From Vicugna vicugna (lineage: Eukaryota), in assembly GCA_013265495.1 (NCBI GenBank), contig MU057615.1, positions 124,001 to 188,000 of the forward strand: DNA of 64,000 nucleotides, given 5' to 3'. A model generated the notes under the pieces. It was not told the DNA's origin, did no database searches, and saw only the letters and a program-made list of their open reading frames with translations. Every line of letters begins with the position of its first letter. Position 1 is the first letter of the stretch. Below are positions 50,996 to 62,444 of the stretch, piece by piece. The translations under genes were made by a program, and so were the position numbers.

Positions 50996-52669
50996 GGATC
51001 TGCTTGGCTTGAGGCAGACAGTGCAGGCCTAGACAGCGGAGGCCTCAGGGGTCAGCAGCCCGTAGGCGCCCCCAGTCACACTGTGCACTTGTGGTGGGAC
51101 CGCTTCTGGCAGGAGACCTCACACAGAGTGGCATCTTGGTCATCATTCATCCCACTCTGACAGTCACCACACAGATACACCAGGCCCAGGGTGGCTGGGG
51201 CCCTGAGCTGCCACCTGCCTTGCCAGGGGGAGCCAGGCTATTGGCATCTGGGGTGCCCCCACCCTGCCCACTGCTGTTTGGGGGGAAATTGGGCTGATTC
51301 CCATTCACAGCAGCAGCCGGGCAGCCCGAGTGGGGCTCCTGGGGGGAAGCAGCGGGAGCAGGTGGATTTAAGGGCTCCTCCATCCTCACCTCCAGGGCCA
51401 GGAAAGCCAGGGTCCGGGCCAGGGAAGGGACTTGTGTTGGGGGGCAGGCTGGGGAGCCCTTGACCAGGTCTCTGGAGAGAAAGACCAAAAGGTGCCCCTG
51501 GCTGGGCAAAGTGTTGGGGAAGAGAAGGGGGCCCAGCTCCCCTCTGGGAAGTTGTCACGTGGTGGGTGAGATCATGAGGCCAAATCCCCCAACCCGGCCT
51601 GGCATCATTTGCCCATCAGGTGGGCTAAAGTTTTGACCCAGAGTCTGGTTGAAAGGTTGGCTGGGAAACTTCATGCTGCCTGCGGGTGGGTAGCCAGGGC
51701 CCTGGGGTGGGGGGGCATGTTGAAAGCAGGGCGCAAAGGGTTGGGAGGGAAAGGAGGGGGCTGTCGTGAAGAGGCTGGGGTCCCCTTCCACCCCTAGTGC
51801 CATAGTCTGGGGGTACCTGGCCTGCCATGCCCCCCTGAACATGGAAGCCCCCAAAGGGGACAGGACTGCCAAGGAATGGAGGGGCTGCACCCTCCCACTT
51901 TTGGGGATCCAGAGTCATCCTCAAAAAGTTGGATGCAACCAGGTGATCTACCCATGGGAGTTGGGAGTGGCACAAAATTGGTCAGATGTGAGTATGCAGG
52001 GCCCTGAGTGTTTGACTTCCTTCACTTCTTTTCTGAGCTCTTCATTGGCAGGCTGGCTTCCTCCCAGCTCTGAGGCAGCCATGGAGTAGGGGATGGGGGT
52101 CAGCGGTGGCTGGGGACGGACACGCCCTCAGGTTGCATCATCGGTGGAAGGTGAGGCAGGCACGGCACAGCGCCCCCCAGCAAAGCCCGGTGGCCGCTGA
52201 GCCGGGGCGCCAACTGAGTGCTCACCCAGCCTCACTGCCCCCAGCCCTTTCATTTTTCATACAGCTAATTTGTATCATCTCTCTTTCCTAATCAGTCTGA
52301 CTACAGGTTCATCAATTCTATTAATCTTCTCCAAGAACCAGCTTTTGATGTAATTGATTTTCTCTGTATTTTATTTCATTTATTTCCACCCTGAACTTTA
52401 TATTTCTTTTTTTTTTTCCCTATATTTTTTGAGGAGGTGAGGGTGTTAAGTTGCTATACTGTTACCAGTTTCCACTTAGGTGGAATCTAAGATGGTCAAC
52501 TTGAGGTCTCTCTTCTGATACTGCCTTTAGTACAGTAAATTCAGTGCAATAAAATAAATTTAGTGTGACAAATAATAAAAGCTCTTCTGCTTTAGATCCA
52601 TCCCGTATGTTTTGCTATATCATGCTTTCATTTTTAATCATTTCAAATATTTCCCCGCGCATAGTTCTC

Positions 52670-53040
52670 TGTCCTAGTACCCCGTCCTGCAGACGCTCGC
52701 CAGCCAGGTCTCCTGAGGCTCACCCTCATCTCCTCAACTCAGGTTCAAGGTTTTCCCCTGTTGCCTGAGGGCCTGGAAACTCTTCTTAGGTTATAAGCCA
52801 CGACAACCATAGAGTCCCCCCTTCTGATGCCCTGTTCTCGGGGAATCATTCACTCGTGCCCAGTATCTTGCAAACACTGAAACTGAAGAAGGATCTCCCC
52901 ATCTGTCACCTTCCACCACTCGTGGTCTCTCAGCTGGGCTACTACAGTGCTTACTCTGCGTCTCCCCCAAAATTAACCAGTCTTTCCTTCTCTGCTGTTC
53001 TGGGCGCTGCTTCTCAACGGGGCAGACCTGGGCTCGGACA
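52670..53040 (+). mobile_element. Probable solo LTR
   Basis: tgtcc...ggaca inverted ends, ttataa TATA-like box and a U5-like tail. No clear TSD. Confidence 0.4.
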
Positions 53041-53411
53041 GGAAGCCATGGGAGACCTGGGAGGACCAGTCCTGGGCACATTCCCTTTCCTTTGGGTGCT
53101 GGGAGGGACCAACCCACTGGCCTCAGGGCGTCCCTGGTAAATTTAGGAGCCGTCAGCAGCCCTTCGCCGGAGACCTCTAACGCCTGTGAGCTGTCATTGT
53201 AGAGACCAGTGCTAAGCCAGCGTGTTTCCCCCTCCGGCCTTGCGGTCCTGAGAGGCGTCCGTGCATGAGAGTGATGCTTATAAATCCTTTTGCATAAAAG
53301 TTTGAATAAACTTTCAGCGGTTTAAAAATAATTTTTTTTGATCCACCCAGAATTCCTCCATAGTCTCCTCAATGACCACAATGGAAAATCTAGACATCTT
53401 TACCTTGGAGT

Positions 53412-54024
53412 TGAAAGAGAAATAACCAAATGGCCACGCTTGGGCTAATTCCTGGCCTTATACTTGAAGTTTGCTTTTAAAACGGTCAGCAAACCTGACT
53501 GACCGGACCCTACCCCCAACCCCAGGCTCACTGTCACAATTAGAGTTGGAATTGTTAATTTTCCTGTTGGTTTACCTCACTCTGGCCATTGAAATTCACA
53601 ATCCTGTTTGTATTCTGCGTCGTTCCCCTGGGAAGGGAGTCACCGGGCGACAACCCCAGGAGAATGACCAGACCCTCTGAAGTCCCTCCTGGGGCCTAAT
53701 GAGTGTGATCAGATAAAGAAGGTCATGGACTGATGACCCTCCAGACCACAGGACGGTCCCACGATGCCGGACAGGCTCGCCAAGATTCAGGAGGAAGCAT
53801 CATCAGAGGCTCTTGTAGATTGCTATCCCCTTTCACTCTCCAGTTTGTTCACTATGTAATCACCAAGCCCCGTCCCCAAGGTGGTTCACAGTTGTGAAGG
53901 CACCAGCCTGCTGTGACTCCCCTCTGCCTGGCACAGTAATAAAGCTGCCTCTTTTCTTCCAAGCTCCAGGACCCAGTCTCTGGGTTATTCGGCTTGTCAG
54001 GGATGGGGACTGATCTTTTGGCAA
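53412..54024 (+). mobile_element. Solo ERV1 LTR
   Basis: tgaaagag start, gcctggcacagtaataaagctgcc, TSD gagt (53408-53411, 54025-54028). Confidence 0.8.
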
Positions 54025-55358
54025 GAGTGGAGGCCTTCTTTGATGTTCCTGCTGGCCTGCATCATCCCGCTCCTCCCTCAGACTCTCTCATCCTGCGCTC
54101 CACAGACAGAGCCAACAATGCTAAACCCCGTGGAGTTCTTACAACCCTGTTCTCCTGTGTGTGCTGTTGCTTTCCTGGGGTACCTTCTGTTCTAGGTCTC
54201 TCCAGAAAATGTCTACTCTTATTTCAAGTATCCGCTTAAAAGTTCTATCTTCTAATAACTAGCCCCTCACCGCTGCCACCTTGGCCTTCTCCCTCCTACC
54301 CTTCCACTGCAGTTTTACAGATTCACTCCCGCAAGCATTCTATTTTAAATGATTTTTTTTCATATCTTCCTTATTACAAATCTCTGAAGCTCTTGAAGAC
54401 AGGGCTCTGCCATTCATAGCTCACCTTTTGTGTCCAGGCCTTGCCTAGTCCTGACACTAATAGGATGATTCAGCATGAAGTTCACCTGAGGACACTGTAT
54501 CATAAGGCATCACTGAAGATCTGGGGGGCTGGGGCAGCGCAACTGAGTGATCTTTTATTGTTTGTCTTCTGATTAACATATATCTGTTATACAAATATAT
54601 GACCATTTTAAGTGTCTTGGAAAATGCATTACTAAATGTATTACCTATAATATTAACTATAACCCTAAAAGCAACAGGAACTTGTTTTGAAGCATCTAAA
54701 TTTGAATATGTGAACTATCACCTCTTTTATAGTGGGAGATTCTTACTATCAAAGATTCATAGAAAATCAAAAGTCCATCACGTTAAAGGAGGCTATAGCC
54801 AGGAAAAGCTATTGAATATTCCAAGTAGAGTCCAAAAGCCAGATGTGGTGTAGAGCAGTGTAAAAATGAAAACTAAAAGACCACTCTTAGAAAAATGAAT
54901 CCGTTTTCTCTCTGCCAGTCTTGTGTGTTCTGTGCTTGGGCTTAAGGTCTGGAAGTGTCTCTGTTACAAGAGGGAAGGGCCATGAAGAGGAGGTATGCGT
55001 GTGCCTAGTAACTGAGTTTGTTTCCTGCCTTTAATGCACAGACACGTGTGCAGGCGTGGAGTTTGGCTGGTTTTGTATCGCAGTCTGTTGGCACCTGGGC
55101 CAACAGCCCTGTTTGCTCAACATAGAAATCATAACCAGGTGGATTGAGAGGGAAAATGTCATTGAATTAGATGATGTATCGTGAACTCACTATCCAGTGC
55201 CAGCATGTGTGAGGGGAATGGTTTAACTCAGCTAATCTTTTGGGGAGATTTGGGTGGCCAGGAGTCACCCTAGGAAGAATCAGTACAGAAAATTCAAGGT
55301 GTGAATTCAAGGTCCTGGGTGGTGAGGATGGGTATTTGTTACTATGTTATTAGCATTT

Positions 55359-55801
55359 TGTTACCGAGTCCAAACTCGATCTGCTTGCTGCATGACAGGC
55401 CAGTAAACTGGGAGACGCGGTGTTGGGGCAAGGAATAGCGACTTTATTCCGAAAGCCAGCAGACGGAGAAGATGGCAGACTAATGTCTTGGAGAACCATC
55501 CTGCTCAAGTCAGAATACAGGCTCCTTTCATCCAAAAAAAAAAGGGGGAGGGGGTACTGTGTGTGGTTGGTGTTGCAGACTTCTTGCTGTAGGAATTCTT
55601 TGTTTTTGCAGGTGTCCACGTGGGTCAGGTCATGGTGCCCCTGCAAAACCTCTAACAAAACAAATGTGATTCTCTATTCTGCAACTTGTTATCTTTATGT
55701 AAGTGTAGAGCTAGCAAGACTAAGCCTAAGAAACAGGGCACAGAGGTCAAAGCCAAAGGAACAGATGTAATGTGGGGTCAGATTTGTTCTCCTCTGTTAT
55801 A
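55359..55801 (-). mobile_element. Solo ERV1 LTR, family A, copy 3 (internal deletion)
   Basis: tgttaccgagtccaaactc...ctgttata, TSD attt/attt. Confidence 0.9.
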
Positions 55802-56902
55802 ATTTTACAGGCTGTGAGTCCTGAGATGGAGCCTGCACAGAGAGGGGAGGCACTGAACCTGCAGGAGTTTAGCCCTCTGCCCTTCCTTCCACGCTGCGGC
55901 TCTTCCCGACACCGGAGGGTGATGGGAGGGCAGGGAGTTAGTGCCCTGCAGTTAGTGCCGGCCGGGCTTTGGAGATGTACTTGGCTCTTACAGCAAAAAA
56001 CACCTCCCTGTGCACGCTTTTCACGGCCATCACTCAGGCTCACAGGTGCTCGTTGTTTGCCTGGCTTATGCTGTGTGCCAGGCACCAGAGGTGGAGGTGA
56101 AGGAGGCCCAGGCCTTGCCCTCGGGGAGGCCACCAATACGATGGTTGGTTGGGAGGCGGGGAGGAAGGTAGCTATTGGGTTATGCACCAGTCACAAACAT
56201 GATAAGAAAATAAGACACCCTCTGGAATCACCTGCTAGAAACCGCCTATCAGAGTGCGCGTGTGTGCATGGCTGGGAAACCCACCTGTGTGACACCAGCT
56301 GCCACATCTTAGGGGATCGAGAGCAAAGAAAGAGGGCAGAGGACATATTTGCGGGCTCCAGGGATGTCTTGAGGAATAGTGTGTGTGAAAGCTTTGCCAA
56401 TAAAGCCTGCCTTTTTCATCATATTAACTAGGTTTGAAATTTCTATTGACCTTAGCAAGTAAGTTTCAATTTACATAAGGATCCCCTGTGCATGTTTTCC
56501 AAGACCTCTGTAAAGAGAGACATCCTTGATTGTGTCTACTCTGAGCTCTTCAAAAGATTCTTGTTTGAAAGTCAGGTGGCTGAATCAGGGCTGAGTCACT
56601 CATCCAAGGCAGGAGGAGACCCAGCAGAGCAGCTGCGGCCCCTGGTGCAGCGTCCAGCCGCCTCCGGGTGGGCAGCTGAGCCCGGAATGGGGCACGATTC
56701 AGGCTCACTCAGGAGATAGGTGCACCCAAAAGAGACCGTGCATTTTCTTTTTCTCCCTCAAAAAAATAACAGAAGAAACTGGCTGCTTGGAGAGCCAAAA
56801 TAGAGTCAGGGCAGGTGAAATTTTAGACAGTGTGGCTTTTTAATAATGAGACAATAGTAAAGTATGTTTGCCCAAGTATTTAACTGAAGCATGTACTGTG
56901 CA

Positions 56903-57143
56903 ACAAGGGCTGGGAGACTTTTTATGTAAATCACCAGGCAGTAAATACCTTGGGCCGGTGGGTCGGACGGCCTGTCGCAACCACTCACTTCAGTGATTGT
57001 AATGCAGTGGTAGCCACAGACTGCATGTAACTAAATGGGTGTGGCAGGGCTCTGGTAATACTTAGTTTATACTTACAGTAATACTTACAGAAACAGGTGG
57101 TGGGCTAGATTTAGCACATAGGCCGTTGTTTGCTGACCCTTGA
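56903..57143 (+). mobile_element. MER58A-like hAT-Charlie MITE
   Basis: ccaggcagtaaata, ctgtcgcaaccactcac, aaatgggtgtggc, acaggtggtgggctagattt, gtttgctgacccttg. Confidence 0.8.
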
Positions 57144-57349
57144 CCCTTGGTCTACAAAGATAAAAAAACAGAAAAAGAACAAGCAAGGGAGAGTCACAGA
57201 AAGAGACGTGTGTCCCCTAAACCCAAAATAGCATTCTCTTGGGATGCTGTTTGAAACTTAGAAGATTTTTTTTTGGAGTAACTATTTATATTGAGCTCAG
57301 TTATGTGTTTAATATTCTATGCTTTATTATTGTAAATTGCATGAATAAA

Positions 57350-57790
57350 TAAGATCTAGTCTATACTGCTGGAACAAAGAAAACCAATAGTCGAGAGTTT
57401 TAAAAATCAGAAGTTTATTTTTATTCCTCTTTCATGTAATGGCTTGTCTTGAGCCATCAGGTCAGCGGGGTGACTCTGCTCCATGCAAGCGCTCAGGGAC
57501 CCAGGTTCTGCCCATGTTTTGATTCATCATATCCAAGGGTGTTATGTTCTGCATGATTAAAGCTAGGACACTGTCTGTCTGGGTCTCAGCTGGTAGCAAG
57601 AAAAAGGAAGCATAGAAGGGGGAGCTGATGGCCCGAGACACAGGAGCTGCAGGAGCTACTTCCGGTCCCCTGGTGAGAAATCAGTCTACACTGCATTGCA
57701 CAGGATACTGGGAAGTGGGGTCAGCCTGGAACCAACTACAAGTAAAGTCACTGTAGACATGAGAGATTCTAAAGGACAAATAATGAGCAC
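57350..57790 (-). mobile_element. Ancient MaLR LTR (MLT1J-like)
   Basis: tgctggaacaaa, agaagtttattt, ctgctccatgca..ctcagggacccagg, ctgggaagtgg. Confidence 0.6.
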
Positions 57791-57941
57791 TTTAACATAA
57801 GATAGAGGAAGAGACTGTTTGCTTAAATCACCGCTGTATCTCAGTGCCTGGCTCATAATACCAGCATAACTCATATGAGTGAGGGCGTCCCTCTGGTACA
57901 GTTCTAAAGGTCACATTCCCCAGGCTTTCTGAGTTATCTAA

Positions 57942-58412
57942 TATATTAGTTACCTATTGCTGCATAACAAATTGCCCCTAAATTTATCAACTTAGAAAAC
58001 CCCAAACATTTAGTATCTCACGATTTCTGAGGGTCAGGACCCATAGGGAGCTTAGCTGGGTTATTCTGGTTCAAGGTCTCTCAAGAGGTTGCAGCTAAGC
58101 AGTCTTCTGAAGGTTCAGCTGAGGATCACCTTCCAAGTTCACTCACGTGGCTGTTGGTGGGAGGCTTCAGCTCCTCAATGGTGGACCCCTTCGTGGGCCA
58201 CCTGAGCTTCCTCCAAAGATGGCAGCTAGCTTGCCCCAGAGCAGGAGCCCCAAGAAAGAGCAAGTACATGCTGGGAGCCACTGATGTTTCCAATACAGCG
58301 CTTCTGTCGATCACACAGACCAGCTCTGGTAGAACGCAGGAAGGGACTACACAAGGCTGTGAATGATAAAAGACAGGGTTCATTGGGGGCCATTTTTGTG
58401 TCTGCCTACTGC
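57942..58412 (-). mobile_element. MaLR LTR (MLT1E/F-like)
   Basis: tatattagttacctattgctgcataacaaatt, gcttagctgggt, ggttcattgggggccattttt...tgcctac. Confidence 0.85.
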
Positions 58413-59082
58413 TTCTAGTCCCATGTTGAGAAGCTCTCCACATCATGTATATTGACATCAAGTCTAGAACACCTTATGTGAAGTGCTAGTGCCAGGCATT
58501 GAGGTAAACACGTGGATGATGAGAATCAGGTTTGCATGTGGAAATACTTGTCAAACAGTGAATTAAACAAAGTAAAATTTTCTGTTTGCTTTGTAATCTC
58601 AGGACTTACCTGAGCCTTTGATGTTCTATAGTTCCTTGTGGATCTCAGCAGGATTGAAGCTAATGGTGCGCATTGAATCCTAAAGTTACTAGCACACCGT
58701 CTTCATGGAAAGTCTGTTAATGTGTCACAAGTTATTTCATGGTGAAAGATTCAGAGGAAAAGTACTTGGAGGAAGAGATGTAAACACTCTGGGAGGACAC
58801 AGCCCCCCAGTGTATAGTCCAGGATGGAGTCTGCAGTGACCATTTATGTGCATTATGTGGTACATCTACTTGCCATTCTGGTTAGCTACCCAAAGAACGT
58901 GGCACCAGTCCTCAAAGGCTCCAGTGGACCATTTCCATCCTCACCTTATTTACTATCCTTCCTTCTGCCTTCATCTTCCTTCTTCCTTCTTAACATCCTA
59001 ACACGATTCTTATATATGCACACTGCTCTGTTTCCATATCTTCCTACCTAAAACAAATGCTGCCGCTAATTGTAAGTAATAC

Positions 59083-59618
59083 TATAACAGAAAAGAACAA
59101 ATCTGACTCCATATTAGATCTGTTCCTTTGGCTTTAACCCTGTGCCCTGTTTTCTGGGCTTAGTCTTGCTGATCCTGCACCTTTTGTAAAAGAATGTTGC
59201 CTTTAGCCTGAAATATACAGGAGAGCCTGTTCTCAAGGCTCTGACCTTTAAGGATATTAATACTTTTGTGCTTCTAGAAAGATAACAAGTTGCAGAAAAC
59301 AAGTTGCAGAATAAAAAGTAACATTTGTTGTGTTAGAGGTTTTACAGGGGCACCATGACCTGACCCGCGAGGACAGCTGCAAGAACAAAGGATTCCTATA
59401 CCAAGAAGTTTACAACAACCAACCACACCCACTCCCCTTTTTAGTATGAAAGGAGCCTGAATTCTGACTTGAGTAAGATGATTCTCCCGGCTATTAATCT
59501 GCCACCTTGTCGGTCTGCTAGCTTTCCAAATAAAGTCGCTATTCCTTGCCCCAACAGCTCGTCTCCCGATTGACTGGCCTGTCATGAGGCGAGCAGGACG
59601 AGTTTGGACTCAGTAACA
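59083..59618 (+). mobile_element. Solo ERV1 LTR, family A, copy 4
   Basis: Reverse complement of copies 1-3. ccaaataaagtc polyA signal, ends gagtttggactcagtaaca, TSD atac/atat. Confidence 0.9.
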
Positions 59619-60736
59619 ATATCATCTTCCTTAAAGAATAAATTAGTCTTAAGGGCCCTATCCTTTTATCAAAATATTGTACTTTCCCACCAGTCCTTGA
59701 ATTACTTGAAATATTCATGGTAGATGTGAAGTCTAAAACTGTAGAAACGCCAAGTGTTATGAAGTCTAACAAGGGCAAGAGGACAGAGTAAGAGCTGCAA
59801 TGAGCTCAGTGTCCCTGAACTTGGGCCGCAGCGTGCTGCATCAGCACCGCGAATCTCCTTATCTCTGACCTCTGGGATGAGGCAGCTGAAGAATGTAAGA
59901 ATTGCACCCTCAATGAGTGCATTGGAGAACTTAACCGTGCATGTTACAGCGAACAAGGTTAGACAGATTTGTAGTTGCTGCATTTTAAGAATCCCCAGAT
60001 TGTTTGCAAGTAACCTTGAGCTTTTGGCTTAACTTGAGTGTTACTGCTCAAAATCTCACGATTTTCTCTACACGGACCAGTTTTGGATATAATAAATATT
60101 TTAAATATTCTAAAATAACAACAATTTTAGTATCTTAAACATTATGTTGAGATGGAGCTTTTGTAACCAGCCCTGCTGAGTCAGAGAACCTTTGTGAACT
60201 GCATGGAGAAAATGGTGTTCTACCAGCTGCGTGGAGAACCCACCCCCTCGCTGGGATCCCTGCCTCACACGACACCAACTAGGCCAGCCGAGTCTGTTCC
60301 CACAGTGACAGTGTTGAATTTCTGATGATTCTCAATGCTCATCAATCTTACCCTGCCTGATGAAACATTAAAAAAAAGTATCTTACTAGTTTCCCCAAGC
60401 AAAACATCAGTTGTCCTCAGTGTATATCCAGGCTTTGGCATCACTTTCTCATGACAGGTAGAGAAACTGAACATTTGCCTTGGGTCATCAGCAGAAGTGC
60501 AGTCATTAGCCACTAATTTCTGTGATTGCAGGGCTGAGAAGGAGGCTCACGGTCCCTTTAATAGTAAGGGCAGACGACTGTAAGCACAGAGATGACAAAG
60601 AAAGTAAGAGGTGTGAGACTGGAGTGGTGGAGACATTAAACTGGGCGATAATGAGCTTCAGCAAACTTCTGTGCACTCCAGGTCACGGTCTCTGCACCTG
60701 CAAACAGTGCAGATGATCGTGCTGGATTGCAGGGCG

Positions 60737-61155
60737 TGTGGAAATAAGTAAGCCCACCCAGAGGCTGTTTATTCGGAGCTTACTGCATACGAAGGGAGTC
60801 AGCCACCATCACCTAGCCTTTGGCAGAGACTCAAAAGCAGGCAGAGGAATAAGAAAGCTTTATAGTGGAAGAAAGGAATGCTTCCAGGTGTACCCTGGTC
60901 GGAGGTGGTTTGCATAGGGGAGCTGGAGCCGGGCATCTTCTGTGCGTATTTGGCTTTTTCTGGTTGGGCCTGAGTTGGAAGTGGGAGGAAATTACAGAAA
61001 GCTGGCAGTCATCCATCAAGTCCTGACCCCTCTCAGCTGATGGCTGCGAAGGTAATGGTTTAGCTCCCTGGGCTTTTGGCTTCAGAGGCTGTGATGCAGA
61101 GTTCTGCTGTTAACGTGTGGTCTGGCCATTGTCCGTCTGTACATTCAGTTTTTCA
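60737..61155 (-). mobile_element. Solo ERV LTR inserted into a probable MIR
   Basis: tgtggaaata...ttca termini; homologous to 22958-23408. MIR-like flanks at ~60640-60736 and ~61160-61250. Confidence 0.75.
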
Positions 61156-61796
61156 GACTGGGTGGTTTGATGGATGAGATGAGATGTTGCCAAGTACCCA
61201 GCACAGCATCTCATGCATGGTAAAGTTTCAATGGACCACGTAATAATTTTAAAATACTAAGTAAACAAGGCTGGGCTCAATTATCGGGAGAGAATTATGG
61301 GAATGATGAAAGCTTTGTTTTAGGAATTTTGTTCTGCAGAGGAACCAATTAGAGGGAGTGAGGGTGACATGAGGCCATGTTGCCACCTTGGTTGTGGCAC
61401 CTCAGGACTGGAAATGCCTGTTCCACAGAGTGGGTAAAAGTGTAAGAAAAATCTTTTGACAAAGCAAAGATGAAGCAGACTGAATTCAGATCGGAAGGCA
61501 TGTGTCTAACTGCGGTTATACCAAGGTTTCTATTCCATACCATTTTTTCCCCCCAGCTAAAGCATAAACAGAAAATGGGCTATCTGGGAGATGTTTGTAG
61601 TCTGTTTAGATGAAAAGGAAGGGAGAAGTCAGTTTGTGGCAGCTAGTATGATGTTCACAAAAGGAAAGTCAGGGTGAGGCTAGTCTCTGAGGCCAAGGCT
61701 GAGGTCATCCGCTGTAGCAGGAAAGGAGGAGCTTTCCCTTGTAGGGGAGGATGGCAGGCCCAGGTGCAGACTAGCATAAATCACAGATGACGTGAT

Positions 61797-61868
61797 TTCT
61801 TTCTTTCTTTCTTCCTCCCTCCTTCCCTCCCCCCTCTCTCCGTCTCTTTCTTTCTTTGTTTTCTTTCT
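61797..61868. repeat. CT-rich low-complexity tract ((CTTT)n/(CCT)n)
   Basis: Directly visible polypyrimidine run. Confidence 0.85.
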
Positions 61869-62444
61869 TGTCCAGAAAGGCAGTTTTTTGAGGAAGCAGA
61901 GTAAATGAAATATTTACAGAAGAGGATGTCTATGAGTCGTTATGTAAAAATGGCCACCTGTTGTTTTGAAGCCCTTATCCACATTTTTGTCATTTTTCCT
62001 AATCACTGTGTAACATTGCAGAGTATGGACATTTGAGTACAAACTAATTCCTATTATATAATTATTAAGACAGAGATTATAATTGGTCACCATAAATTCA
62101 TTGATGACTTCTGAGAATCAGTCCTGGTGCCTAACTGGAGGAGACTGATAGCATAATTAATGGTATAAGTATAAAAAATATTCTTAGACTTTCATTGTTT
62201 TAGGACATATAAACTCATAATTACCTAATGATCTATTGATGACTTGACATTGGCTTCTATAATGCATTTAAGCCTTTTTCTCTGCTTTTTCTCCTTATTT
62301 CTGCTTTACAACACTAGTAATAAAGATTATAAAGCAAGCTTCCATCTTAACTCAAACTACTATAATTTTGTGTAACTGCAATCTAAATTTACTACTATTA
62401 AACAATAAAAAGAGGAATTTAGAATTACTGAGCCATCATTTAAA

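Larger units (their letters stand above)
48575..52245 (-). pseudogene. PYGO2: Full-length processed pseudogene of pygopus 2 (5' UTR, CDS remnant 52082-50659, ~1.7 kb 3' UTR, polyA signal)
   Basis: Translations match PYGO2: MAAS, VDHLVASN, AAPPFLGSPVPFGGFHVQGGMAGQVPP, QRPGQGLPSLPPNTSPFPGPDPGFPGPGGEDGG, AVNGNQPNFPPNSSG.GGGTPDANSLAPPGKAGG, plus a PHD remnant. It is intronless, with frameshifts and a TGA in the KKRRK NLS. AATAAA at 48600-48605, a decayed A-tail and a degenerate TSD. Confidence 0.96.
46700..52650 (-). mobile_element. Older L1 ORF2 segment (46700-48574 and 52246-52650), split by the PYGO2 retrocopy
   Basis: Antisense ORF2-like sequence, e.g. ttaggggggaaagcattcagtctttc and ctggtatcagggtaatcc. 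It resumes collinearly at 52246 (ctaatttgtatc...ttctccaagaaccagctttt). Confidence 0.85.

Noticed and set aside
50659..52082. PYGO2 copy as a functional retrogene
   Set aside because: It has a stop in the NLS, a frameshift at the NPF motif, further frameshifts, and an L1 insertion near the end of the PHD region.
55772..56431. Longest ORF in the window (219 aa)
   Set aside because: It starts inside an LTR end, has no recognisable domain, and has the composition of a chance ORF in GC-rich DNA.
58600..58615. Strong minus-strand splice donor cag|gtaagt
   Set aside because: It is an isolated motif with no convincing acceptor or coding frame.
59840..59860. tcagcacc as a REST/NRSE site
   Set aside because: Only the left half-site is present; the GGACAG right half is absent.
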